NCBI GenBank assembly: GCA_964613955.1
Contig: CAZTJN010000001.1
Span: 97,656-161,655, forward strand
Source of the DNA: an uncultured archaeon
Lineage (GTDB): Archaea; Aenigmatarchaeota; Aenigmatarchaeia; QMZP01; QMZT01
Length of the DNA stretch: 64,000 bases
Direction: 5' to 3'
Shown here: positions 55,451-63,688 of the stretch, piece by piece
Position numbering within the stretch: the stretch's first letter is position 1
How the letters are laid out: each line of letters starts with the position of its first letter
The notes under the pieces: model-generated
What the model saw: the letters and a program-made list of their open reading frames with translations, nothing else
Databases searched by the model: none
What the model was told of the DNA's origin: nothing
Translations under genes and position numbers: made by a program

Positions 55451-56853
55451 GGGTAATGCTGATAAGGTATCACAATATTGGTAACATAAATACAAGGTTA
55501 CCGGAGAGCATAAACAGAGTCCAAGGCGTATACCCGCCTCTGGGAATAGCATATGTGGCTTCCACTTTGGAGAAATTTGGCCACGATGTTCGCATTCTCG
55601 ACAGCAGGGCACTGAACTTAACGGCAGAGGAAACAAAGAAGCACATAGAAAAATTCAACCCAGATGTCGTCGGAATTACGTGCATGAGCTCCACCATAAA
55701 GGGTTCACTTGAAGCTGCGTATCTGACCAAACAAGTTTCGAATGGTATAGTAACCGTTATGGGAGGTCCTCAGGTATTCATATACCCCAAAGAAACGATA
55801 AATTACGATTTTGTGGATTTCGGCATTGCTGGAGAAGGGGAAATAATAATGCCCGAACTTTTGGAAGCATTGGATGGCAAGAAGAAACTTGGAGAAATAG
55901 ATGGGCTGGTTTACAAGAAGAACGGGATAAAGTTCAATCCTGCAAAAAGATATGTCAAGGATCTGGATTCTTTGCCATTCCCTGCAAGGCATCTCTTACC
56001 CAATTACAAGTATTTCTCGATACTTTCAGACCATCCTTTCACAACCCTTATAACATCGAGGGGTTGTCCGTTCAGGTGCGGTTACTGCTTCAGAAAAAAA
56101 CTGGACAGAATTGTAAGATACAGAAGCGCGAAAAATGTGGTTGATGAAATACAGTACTGCCTAGAGAAATGGAAATTCAGGGAAATCTGGTTTTACGATG
56201 ACACGTTTACGATGAACAAAAGACATGCCGCGCAAATATGCAAAGAAATAATAGACAGGGGACTGGATTTTAAATGGGAGGCCGTCACAAGGGTGGATTG
56301 CGTTAGCAGGGGGATGCTCAGATTGATGAAAAAGGCAGGTTGCAGAATGGTGAGATACGGGATTGAAAGCGGAGATCAGGAAACCCTCAATATCATGAAA
56401 AAGGGAATAACATTAGAGCAGGCAAAGAAGGCAACAAAATGGACAAGGGAAACAGGAATGGAAAGCTTTTGTTTTTTTATGATAGGTTATCCTAATGAAG
56501 ACGAGAAAAAAATAAAAAACACCATAGATTTCGCAAAAAACCTTAACATAGACTGGGCGATGTTTTCCAATGTCACCCCCTACCCTTCCACGGATTTGCT
56601 TGAACTCGCCTACGAGAAGGGTTTACTGAAAGACAGGGAATACTGGAGGAAATTCACACTCGGGAAAACGAATGAAAGAATACCATACGAATTTCCTGAT
56701 ATGGATAGGTGGGTGAAGAAGGCATATAAAAGTTTTTATCTGAGACCAGGATTTGCAGCAAAAACATTATTTAAAATAAAGAGTTTAAGACAGGTAAAAA
56801 AATACCTTTTAGGCTTGTATGCCATTTTGAATTTCAAAACGTTTAGCTCATGA
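55447..56853 (+). CDS. B12-binding domain radical SAM protein (class B)
   Basis: 'LGIAYVASTLEKFGHDVRILD...DVVGITC', then 'TSRGCPFRCGYCFRK'. 468 aa. Overlaps the upstream GT-C gene by 4 bp. Confidence 0.85.
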   Translation: MRVMLIRYHNIGNINTRLPESINRVQGVYPPLGIAYVASTLEKFGHDVRILDSRALNLTAEETKKHIEKFNPDVVGITCMSSTIKGSLEAAYLTKQVSNGIVTVMGGPQVFIYPKETINYDFVDFGIAGEGEIIMPELLEALDGKKKLGEIDGLVYKKNGIKFNPAKRYVKDLDSLPFPARHLLPNYKYFSILSDHPFTTLITSRGCPFRCGYCFRKKLDRIVRYRSAKNVVDEIQYCLEKWKFREIWFYDDTFTMNKRHAAQICKEIIDRGLDFKWEAVTRVDCVSRGMLRLMKKAGCRMVRYGIESGDQETLNIMKKGITLEQAKKATKWTRETGMESFCFFMIGYPNEDEKKIKNTIDFAKNLNIDWAMFSNVTPYPSTDLLELAYEKGLLKDREYWRKFTLGKTNERIPYEFPDMDRWVKKAYKSFYLRPGFAAKTLFKIKSLRQVKKYLLGLYAILNFKTFSS

Positions 56854-56856
56854 GTC

Positions 56857-58539
56857 TTATGAACTCGTTGTAATTTTATAAAGAGTTAAATTGAAATCAC
56901 CAAACTCATATTCTAAGTATGGCTGAAGTTCAAATTTTTCATGCATTTCCCTGCATTGGGAAACAATTTTTCGCCTCAGTTCTTCGCATGTTTCAAAGGA
57001 TTCGTTCTCGATACCGCATCTGTTACCCAGGCTGTAAAAATCCGTACAGTACAAGTCTTTGAAGTAAAAAACACACCCTCTGTTTCCTGTAACATCCTGT
57101 AACATTTCTGGTTGTTTAAGAACCGATTCGGTTGGTATAGCTTTTAGATCAGTTGCTGAGAAAAATACAGGCTCCTTTGTCACAACATAACATGAATCTA
57201 TTTCCCTGTCTATCATATCTATAACTTCCATTTCTTTGTATTCTATCTCCCCCCTTGGGTATCCGTGATTAACATTAAGCGGCTTGGGGTCGTTTTGCAC
57301 AGCATAAAAATAGGGAATGGATAAGAGAAATAAAAGCAGAACGAAAAAAGTCGGGACTATTTTTGTTATTACTTTCTGTCGGGCAATTTTGTGCGGCATG
57401 GAAAGTGCAAATTCTTCAAACGCATAAAACCCAAGACCTGCAAAACATAACAACGGAACGAGACCAGTTATTAGATATTTCTCAACTATGCTGGCGGAAT
57501 AGGCAAGGTATGCAAACATATAACAGGAGAAAAATATGGCCAGGAAGAGGGCTTCCTTCCTGTGTTTTTTGAAACCGTAAAGCAAACCGGCAAACAAAAA
57601 CACATTTATCAGCAGAGGATAAAAGCTACCATTCATTGCCTTGGCCAGAACTTGGGCATTCATAGGTATGTTTTCCATCCTGATCAATTTCCCTTCAACT
57701 ACCGTCGCTGTGGATTTCCCGTAAAGTGCGGGATAAATCTCCAAGGACAAATGCAAGATATGCGGGATTACCAGTATCGTTAAAAGAAGGACAAGAAACC
57801 AAAGCCTTTTATTTTTGATTGCGGATTTGAGCGTTTTTGCATCAAGGAATAGGACAGACAGCAGCAACACCAGCGGTATTAACAGAATATCTTCCTGTTT
57901 TATGGAGATCGAGAAAGCGAGGATGCTTGTTGCAAAAATACCGATTTTCAAGTCCCTTATTTTGAAAAAGAGGAGGAAGGCAGTGAACGTCAGCAAGATA
58001 AAAAAAGCGGACACAGTGTCTGGTTCTATATTTCTTGAAAGTAATATGTACAATGGAATAATGGAAACAATGAATGCGCTGTACAGCCCTGTTTTCTCGC
58101 TTTTGAAAAGGAGGAAGCAGAAAAGGAAAACAACTACCACAAGGAGGGAGCCCGTTACGATGTTTACCATGTATGCAGAATTTTCGTTTATACCGCCGAA
58201 GAGAAGAAATAAAGCCACAACGTATGAAAATCCAACAGGCTCATTGAAGACTGCCCTACCAGATGTGATGATATCCCTGGCGACCTGTACATGCGCGAAT
58301 TCATCCCCATACGTTGTCAGGTAGACAGGAGTAATAAGCCTCAAGGATAACGCAAGCAAAAATATGAATATAAGTATAACCCATACGGATAATCTAATCT
58401 TAAAATATTTTTTTATTTCGCTATAATCAAGAGCAAAAAAAATTATCGCAAGCAAAAAACTTATCGTGAAAGACAGAGGGAGGAGTGTGGGTAAAAAACC
58501 CCTGCTCCCTTCCAATAAACTTGTGACGATTTCCAGCAT
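56857..58539 (-). CDS. GT-C fold membrane glycosyltransferase, PMT/ArnT-like (carries a GT39/GT83-type 'DE' loop motif), paralog group A
   Basis: 560 aa. The first extracytoplasmic loop 'TTYGDEFAHVQVARDIITSG' matches the DE..(Y/F)A..A motif of Pmt/ArnT enzymes. 'KSEKTGLYSAFIVSIIPLYIL'. C-terminal 'NLTLYKITTSS'. Confidence 0.65.
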   Translation of the reverse strand: MLEIVTSLLEGSRGFLPTLLPLSFTISFLLAIIFFALDYSEIKKYFKIRLSVWVILIFIFLLALSLRLITPVYLTTYGDEFAHVQVARDIITSGRAVFNEPVGFSYVVALFLLFGGINENSAYMVNIVTGSLLVVVVFLFCFLLFKSEKTGLYSAFIVSIIPLYILLSRNIEPDTVSAFFILLTFTAFLLFFKIRDLKIGIFATSILAFSISIKQEDILLIPLVLLLSVLFLDAKTLKSAIKNKRLWFLVLLLTILVIPHILHLSLEIYPALYGKSTATVVEGKLIRMENIPMNAQVLAKAMNGSFYPLLINVFLFAGLLYGFKKHRKEALFLAIFFSCYMFAYLAYSASIVEKYLITGLVPLLCFAGLGFYAFEEFALSMPHKIARQKVITKIVPTFFVLLLFLLSIPYFYAVQNDPKPLNVNHGYPRGEIEYKEMEVIDMIDREIDSCYVVTKEPVFFSATDLKAIPTESVLKQPEMLQDVTGNRGCVFYFKDLYCTDFYSLGNRCGIENESFETCEELRRKIVSQCREMHEKFELQPYLEYEFGDFNLTLYKITTSS

Positions 58540-58541
58540 TC

Positions 58542-60257
58542 CTATACCTCTTCACCTCTGACCAGATAGTTTCCAATTGCAAGGTAATCCAGCTTCGCCT
58601 CAAGAAAAGCCCTTATTGCATCATTCGGATTTTCAACTATGGGTTCTTCGTGCATGTTGAAGCTGGTGTTTATAATAGTGGGAATGCCTGTTATCTTTCT
58701 ATAACCGTCAATTACCTTGTAAAATGACGGATTATATTTTTTGTCTACCAATTGAGGTCTTGCTGTCCCGTCCACATGTACGGCTCCCGGGCATTTATCC
58801 TTCATCCAATCTGTGCATTCAAAAGTTACGGTCATGAAACGGGCTGCATGCATAGCCTTTTTGTAGTTTTTGTAACACCTGCCGGCGTATTCAATAAGAG
58901 TGGAAGGGGCGAAGGGCATAAATTCCGTTCTGCCAAGCTTTTTGTTCAGCCAGTCATTGACAGTAGGGTCCGTGGCCTGATATAATATACTTCTATTGCC
59001 AAGAGCACGGGGTCCGTATTCCATTTTTCCTGTAAATCTCGCGACAGTTTTCCCCTCAGAAAGCAGCTTTGCAATTCTTGGTTCTATTCGCCTGTAAAAC
59101 TTATAAGCTAAGTTGTGTTTTATGAGTTCTTTTTTTATCTCTTTGTCTGAATAACCCCAGCCCAGATAAACATGATTCAGATTTTGGTATTTTACTTCAC
59201 CACCATGTCTTCTTGACATTCTTGATTGGACATACAGGGCGGCACCAACCGATAACCCACCATCACCCATGTTAGGGAATACATAAAGAGATTTAACTTC
59301 AGGAAGTTCACAAATCCTCTGGTTCAATTTCACGTTTGCGAAAACCCCCCCAGCAAGGACAACATCTCTTACCCCTGTTTTCTCCACCCAACTTTTCACT
59401 ATACTGCAGATCCCTGTTTCAAAATTCTTCTGTAACCATGCTGCTATATCCTCCCTTGGGTGTTTGAGAAGTTTCTTGCCGTTTTGTTTGATTCCTTTCC
59501 TGCCCCATTTACTTATGTAGGAAACCATTTGTCCGTTAATCAAAAATGGAAATTCAACATTTACGTTTTCAGGATTCCCGTATGCGGCAAGGCCAGTTAT
59601 CTTCCCCTCATGCCTGTGTGACTTAAACCCTAGCATCAGTGTTATCAGACTGTAAAACAAACCGAAAGAGTCCCAAGCGCCAATTTCATAAACCCTATTT
59701 ATATTTCCGTTTCTGCATAGACTGACAGTAAGCGAAACACCATCTCCATACCCATCGGCGGTCACACAAAGAGCCTCTCTCTTCCCTGATGTAAAATATG
59801 CTGAACTCGCATGTGCCAAATGATGGTCCACGAAAATTACAGGTTTTTTTCTCAGTTCTCTTGGTAAATCCCTCCTTAATATACGAGTGATTAACCCCCT
59901 CCCCAGGACCGACCATGAAGAATCAGGCTTTATCAAGGGCCATTTCATTTTGAACTTTATAAAATCTGAAATTCGCGCTTTCAAATCGTTCTTCCCAGAC
60001 AAAACTTCACTTTCCATTCTGTGCAAATTTCTGAACATCCTAGTCAGAATGAACGGACTTACCAAACCACCGACCGCTATGAAATCTATGTCACTCCTTT
60101 TTTTGTCGACTATCCTGTCAATAGCATTCCTTGGGAATCCGGGATGTAGCTTGATTCTGCTCAGCCGTTCCTCATTAACAGCATAAATAATGTCACCGTT
60201 CTCCAGTAAACAAGCGCTTCCCTCCTTCCCGTCTGATATGCCCAGTATCTTTATGAT
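58542..60257 (-). CDS. NodU/CmcH-family carbamoyltransferase
   Basis: 'VDHHLAHASSAYFTSG...ALCVTADGYGDG' and the C-terminal domain are typical of this family. The first canonical start (TTG at 60065, as used by the ORF track) would delete the conserved N-terminus. The open frame continues upstream to a stop at 60303-60305 and encodes 'IKILGISDGKEGSACLLENGDIIYAVNEERLSRIK', the family's N-terminal motif. No ATG, GTG or TTG occurs in this extension, so the 5' end is approximate. Confidence 0.75.
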   Translation of the reverse strand: MIKILGISDGKEGSACLLENGDIIYAVNEERLSRIKLHPGFPRNAIDRIVDKKRSDIDFIAVGGLVSPFILTRMFRNLHRMESEVLSGKNDLKARISDFIKFKMKWPLIKPDSSWSVLGRGLITRILRRDLPRELRKKPVIFVDHHLAHASSAYFTSGKREALCVTADGYGDGVSLTVSLCRNGNINRVYEIGAWDSFGLFYSLITLMLGFKSHRHEGKITGLAAYGNPENVNVEFPFLINGQMVSYISKWGRKGIKQNGKKLLKHPREDIAAWLQKNFETGICSIVKSWVEKTGVRDVVLAGGVFANVKLNQRICELPEVKSLYVFPNMGDGGLSVGAALYVQSRMSRRHGGEVKYQNLNHVYLGWGYSDKEIKKELIKHNLAYKFYRRIEPRIAKLLSEGKTVARFTGKMEYGPRALGNRSILYQATDPTVNDWLNKKLGRTEFMPFAPSTLIEYAGRCYKNYKKAMHAARFMTVTFECTDWMKDKCPGAVHVDGTARPQLVDKKYNPSFYKVIDGYRKITGIPTIINTSFNMHEEPIVENPNDAIRAFLEAKLDYLAIGNYLVRGEEV

Positions 60258-60317
60258 ACCACCTTTGAGTACGATATTGATAATTAAAATTAAATAATTT
60301 AATTACTACCTTTAACT

Positions 60318-61187
60318 ATGGACAAACCATACCTACGTTATGGAATTCAGCTTCAGGAATTGCTTGCTGTGAAACATGGCATAAAACCAGTCCTAAGGAC
60401 TGTGATAAATCCTAAAAATATCAAAAATATAGAAACCCTCTGCAGGGAAGATAATATGTTCTCCATGACAAAATCTTTCAACCATCTTTATGGGACAAAG
60501 TTTGATTCAGCCCTGAACGTAATCTACATCTCCAAATCCAAGGATTTATTGAATAAAGCATACCTGTCCGATAAGTCAGGAGACAGAAAAAAGCTTGGGG
60601 AAGTTCTGGGGTATCCGGAGTGTTGCGTTGAATTTTTCTCAGGAGCACTCAAAGACGCGGAATCTCCTTTTCCGGTTAAAACATATCTTAAAACAAATGG
60701 CAAGCCTTCATTTCTGGTTAACAATGTTTTCAAGCTCGAATCCAGACTAAGTTCCAGTGGGGTTGAAAAAATCCAGAAAAATCCCGATTTTGCCAACAGG
60801 ATTTCCCACCTTTTCTTGATATCCCACATACCCTGCTCATACAATTGCAGAGAAAGCATTAAAATAGGCAGGGAAATGCTCGTCCTGCTGAAAAGGGAAG
60901 AACCTGAGCTGGCAAAGGAAATAGCATCCACACTCAAGAAGCCATTGCTCTTTTTTGACGACCTGAATTGGGTGATATTTGATGGCAAGGTGAACGGCAA
61001 AATTATAGATTACACCTCTATATGGCCTCCCTTATCACTGATGCCGGAAAACCTTATAAACAAATTCAGGGAAGGGGACAAGGTTAAAGTGGGAAAGGAA
61101 TATGTGGAAATATTCAGAGATGGTGAAATCATACACAGAATAAAAAAGAAACATAAATATGATGGAATTCTTTTGGATTTTTCATGA
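60318..61187 (+). CDS. Uncharacterised conserved protein with paired Cys motifs 'LGYPECC' and 'HIPCSYNC' (copy 1)
   Basis: 289 aa and soluble. A paralog starts at 63689 with 'LGYPECCIDFF'. Four conserved Cys suggest a possible metal site. Its stop abuts the stop of the convergent radical SAM gene 61188-62117. Confidence 0.5.
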   Translation: MDKPYLRYGIQLQELLAVKHGIKPVLRTVINPKNIKNIETLCREDNMFSMTKSFNHLYGTKFDSALNVIYISKSKDLLNKAYLSDKSGDRKKLGEVLGYPECCVEFFSGALKDAESPFPVKTYLKTNGKPSFLVNNVFKLESRLSSSGVEKIQKNPDFANRISHLFLISHIPCSYNCRESIKIGREMLVLLKREEPELAKEIASTLKKPLLFFDDLNWVIFDGKVNGKIIDYTSIWPPLSLMPENLINKFREGDKVKVGKEYVEIFRDGEIIHRIKKKHKYDGILLDFS

Positions 61188-62117
61188 TTACGGAACGGGA
61201 ACCAGCTCCTCAAAACCCCTTCTTTCTGCATATTCCTTGAATATCCCTTCACACACGTTGTAGTACTTACAACCTACACATTGAGGACCCCTGACCCTTC
61301 CATACTCCCTTCTGTTTTTTTCCACATTTAAATCCTTGAATTCAGGTCCCACGTGCTCCTCCTTCAATCTGTCCTTACTTTCGTATTCACTCAGGTAACT
61401 CTCGTATCCCACACCAAGCATGTAACACAGAGGAAGGTATCTCATTACAAAATGGTTGATCTTGTGGGATTTTCCCACTATTATGGTTTTTGGTATATAA
61501 TCAACTATTTCCTTAAGTGTTGGGACGATTTCTTCAAAGTTTTTCAGTGCATTCCCGCGTGGGTGTATGAAAATGAATTCGCATGCATCCGCCCCGAGTT
61601 TTATGTTGTTCTCTGCTATCTGCGGGAGATATTTGTAGTTCGGTCTTACTATAACGGTATTCGTACAAAGGTAAATGTCCGGCTTTATCTCTTTTATGTT
61701 CTTCATTCCAGCCGTTAACTGTTTGAATGCTCCCGGTGACCTTGTGAGGTAATCGTGGAGTTCTGCATTATGTCCGTGTATCGAAAATATGATGTGATTC
61801 AAACCGCATTTTATGATTCTTTCAGCGAAATCTTTGTAATAAAGCATCCTCCCGTTCGTGGTCATGCCTATTGTGTTATAACCGAGTTTTCTTGCATAAT
61901 CAATAAGCTCGAAAATATCCTTTCTTATTGCCGGTTCACCTCCTAAGAAATCTACGAAATTGCAACCTCTTTTAAATCCTTCTTCCAGTTCTTCTTTGGC
62001 CTCTTTAGTTGTTTTGGCTTTTATATTTTTATTAAATCTTTTGTCTGCGCAGTAGCAGAAACGACAGTTGTTGTTGCATTCATACCCCAAGATTAGAGAA
62101 AGTTTTCTTGTGACCAT
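61188..62117 (-). CDS. Radical SAM protein (stand-alone, about 310 aa) with C-terminal Cys cluster (copy 1)
   Basis: 'LGYECNNNCRFCYC' CxxxCxxC motif. C-terminal 'CVGCKYYNVCEG'. Paralog of ORF 62684-63649. Confidence 0.75.
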   Translation of the reverse strand: MVTRKLSLILGYECNNNCRFCYCADKRFNKNIKAKTTKEAKEELEEGFKRGCNFVDFLGGEPAIRKDIFELIDYARKLGYNTIGMTTNGRMLYYKDFAERIIKCGLNHIIFSIHGHNAELHDYLTRSPGAFKQLTAGMKNIKEIKPDIYLCTNTVIVRPNYKYLPQIAENNIKLGADACEFIFIHPRGNALKNFEEIVPTLKEIVDYIPKTIIVGKSHKINHFVMRYLPLCYMLGVGYESYLSEYESKDRLKEEHVGPEFKDLNVEKNRREYGRVRGPQCVGCKYYNVCEGIFKEYAERRGFEELVPVP

Positions 62118-62317
62118 CTTGACCTACGAAATATTTATAAACAAGTTTTATAACTTTAAATTTACGACCATCAACCAATTAATATGGAAACTAAAAACTA
62201 CCATGTACAAAGTTGCCTACTCGATTCGTTTATCAGACAAATTAAAAATTTCGCTCTTAAAAATTTAAAAAATTATTATATTTTTTCATTTCTCATTCAA
62301 GGATATTACCCCAGATA

Positions 62318-62659
62318 ATGGTGAGAAAATCAAGAAAATTGTCAAAGACCAGAATCATGGAGGTCTGCGGTTTCGGTGAGCATATCCCATTCAGGGAAAG
62401 ATTATTCGAAGTGATATTAATGCAATCCTCCTATGCACATTTTTCCAATTTAGAAAAGGTTCTTAAAAATGTATACAAAACTTTAAATGACAGAGGGAGG
62501 CTCGTGATATTCGAGGAGCATGCACTAATTATCAAGGAATCAGAATTCTGGACAAAGCACTGCAGAGACCATAATCTAAAAGAAGCAATTTCAGAAATCA
62601 AAAAATATAAATTCAAAATTATTGACAATTTTGAGCATAACGGGAGTTGGGGATTTTAG
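62318..62659 (+). pseudogene. Class I SAM-dependent methyltransferase fragment (C-terminal part only)
   Basis: 'LFEVILMQSSYAHFSNLEKVLKNVYKTLNDRGRLVIFE' resembles motifs II/III of Methyltransf_11-type enzymes, but the GxGxG motif I and the N-terminal 60 or more aa are absent. 113 aa. Confidence 0.35.
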
Positions 62660-62683
62660 CGATAAAACAGGGAGATTAGAACT

Positions 62684-63649
62684 CTAACAGAATTCCTTTT
62701 CAAACTGTTCAAGGGTTTTCACCTTCCTTCCTAGGACTGGTTTAAGTTCATTAAGACCATAAAGGTTTGCATACTCTTTCCACAGACCATAACAAATGTC
62801 ATCAAATCTACATTTTTTACATGTACTTCCCTTTAACATGTTTTTTTTGAGTTCAGATTCTATTATCATTGTGAAGTTCGGGTTCTTTATTACCATTTTG
62901 GATGGGATTTTTATGAAGTTTATGTATTTTTCATGGCCCTCTAGGAAGCATGGTGGTATGTAACTAATTCCCATATTCCTGTCCGAAAATGTATTCAGAA
63001 CATCTGTAATGTAGGTGATTACATCAGAGATCGTGGGTATTGCTTCCTTATTTATTAATAAACTTCCACATGCCGTTGCAAAACTAAGAGTTACATGACC
63101 AACCCCAAGTTTCCATGAGAATTTTGCTATTTCAGAAAGGTATTTGTAGTTGAGTTTTGTTATTGCTACAATTACCTCTACATTTAAAACATTACCTGCA
63201 TATCTAACCAAGTTTTTAATTCCACTGACAGTTTCCCCAAAACTCCCTTTAACCCCTGTCAATTTTTCATGCAGCTTTGGCTTGTGTCCATAAATGAATA
63301 CTGAAAAAATGTTTGCTCCAGATTTTATCATTTTCCTTGCGTATTCTTTATCACTAAATTTTCTCCCGTTGCTCTCTATACAAATATTTTTGAAGCCCAA
63401 ACTTTTTGCATAAGATATGATTTGCATAATATTCGGTCTGATCGTTACTTCCCCTCCTGTAAATTTAACATCATCGGCAAACTTTTTAATTATTTTTAGC
63501 TCCTTCCTAACGTCCTCTGCGCTTTTTCTTGGAAAATCTTCTTTGTTCAAGGAGCAAAATGAGCATCTGTTGTTGCAGTTCGGACCCAGATAGACTTCAG
63601 GGACGAAAAGCTGTTTTATGTTGCTACTCATACCTAAAACCCCAAACAA
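62684..63649 (-). CDS. Radical SAM protein (stand-alone, about 320 aa) with C-terminal Cys cluster (copy 2)
   Basis: 'LGPNCNNRCSFCSL' CxxxCxxC motif. C-terminal 'CKKCRFDDICYG'. Paralog of ORF 61188-62117. Confidence 0.75.
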   Translation of the reverse strand: MFGVLGMSSNIKQLFVPEVYLGPNCNNRCSFCSLNKEDFPRKSAEDVRKELKIIKKFADDVKFTGGEVTIRPNIMQIISYAKSLGFKNICIESNGRKFSDKEYARKMIKSGANIFSVFIYGHKPKLHEKLTGVKGSFGETVSGIKNLVRYAGNVLNVEVIVAITKLNYKYLSEIAKFSWKLGVGHVTLSFATACGSLLINKEAIPTISDVITYITDVLNTFSDRNMGISYIPPCFLEGHEKYINFIKIPSKMVIKNPNFTMIIESELKKNMLKGSTCKKCRFDDICYGLWKEYANLYGLNELKPVLGRKVKTLEQFEKEFC

Positions 63650-63688
63650 TTTAATACTTTAATATGTAAGTTTTAAAAGTGATTTAGT

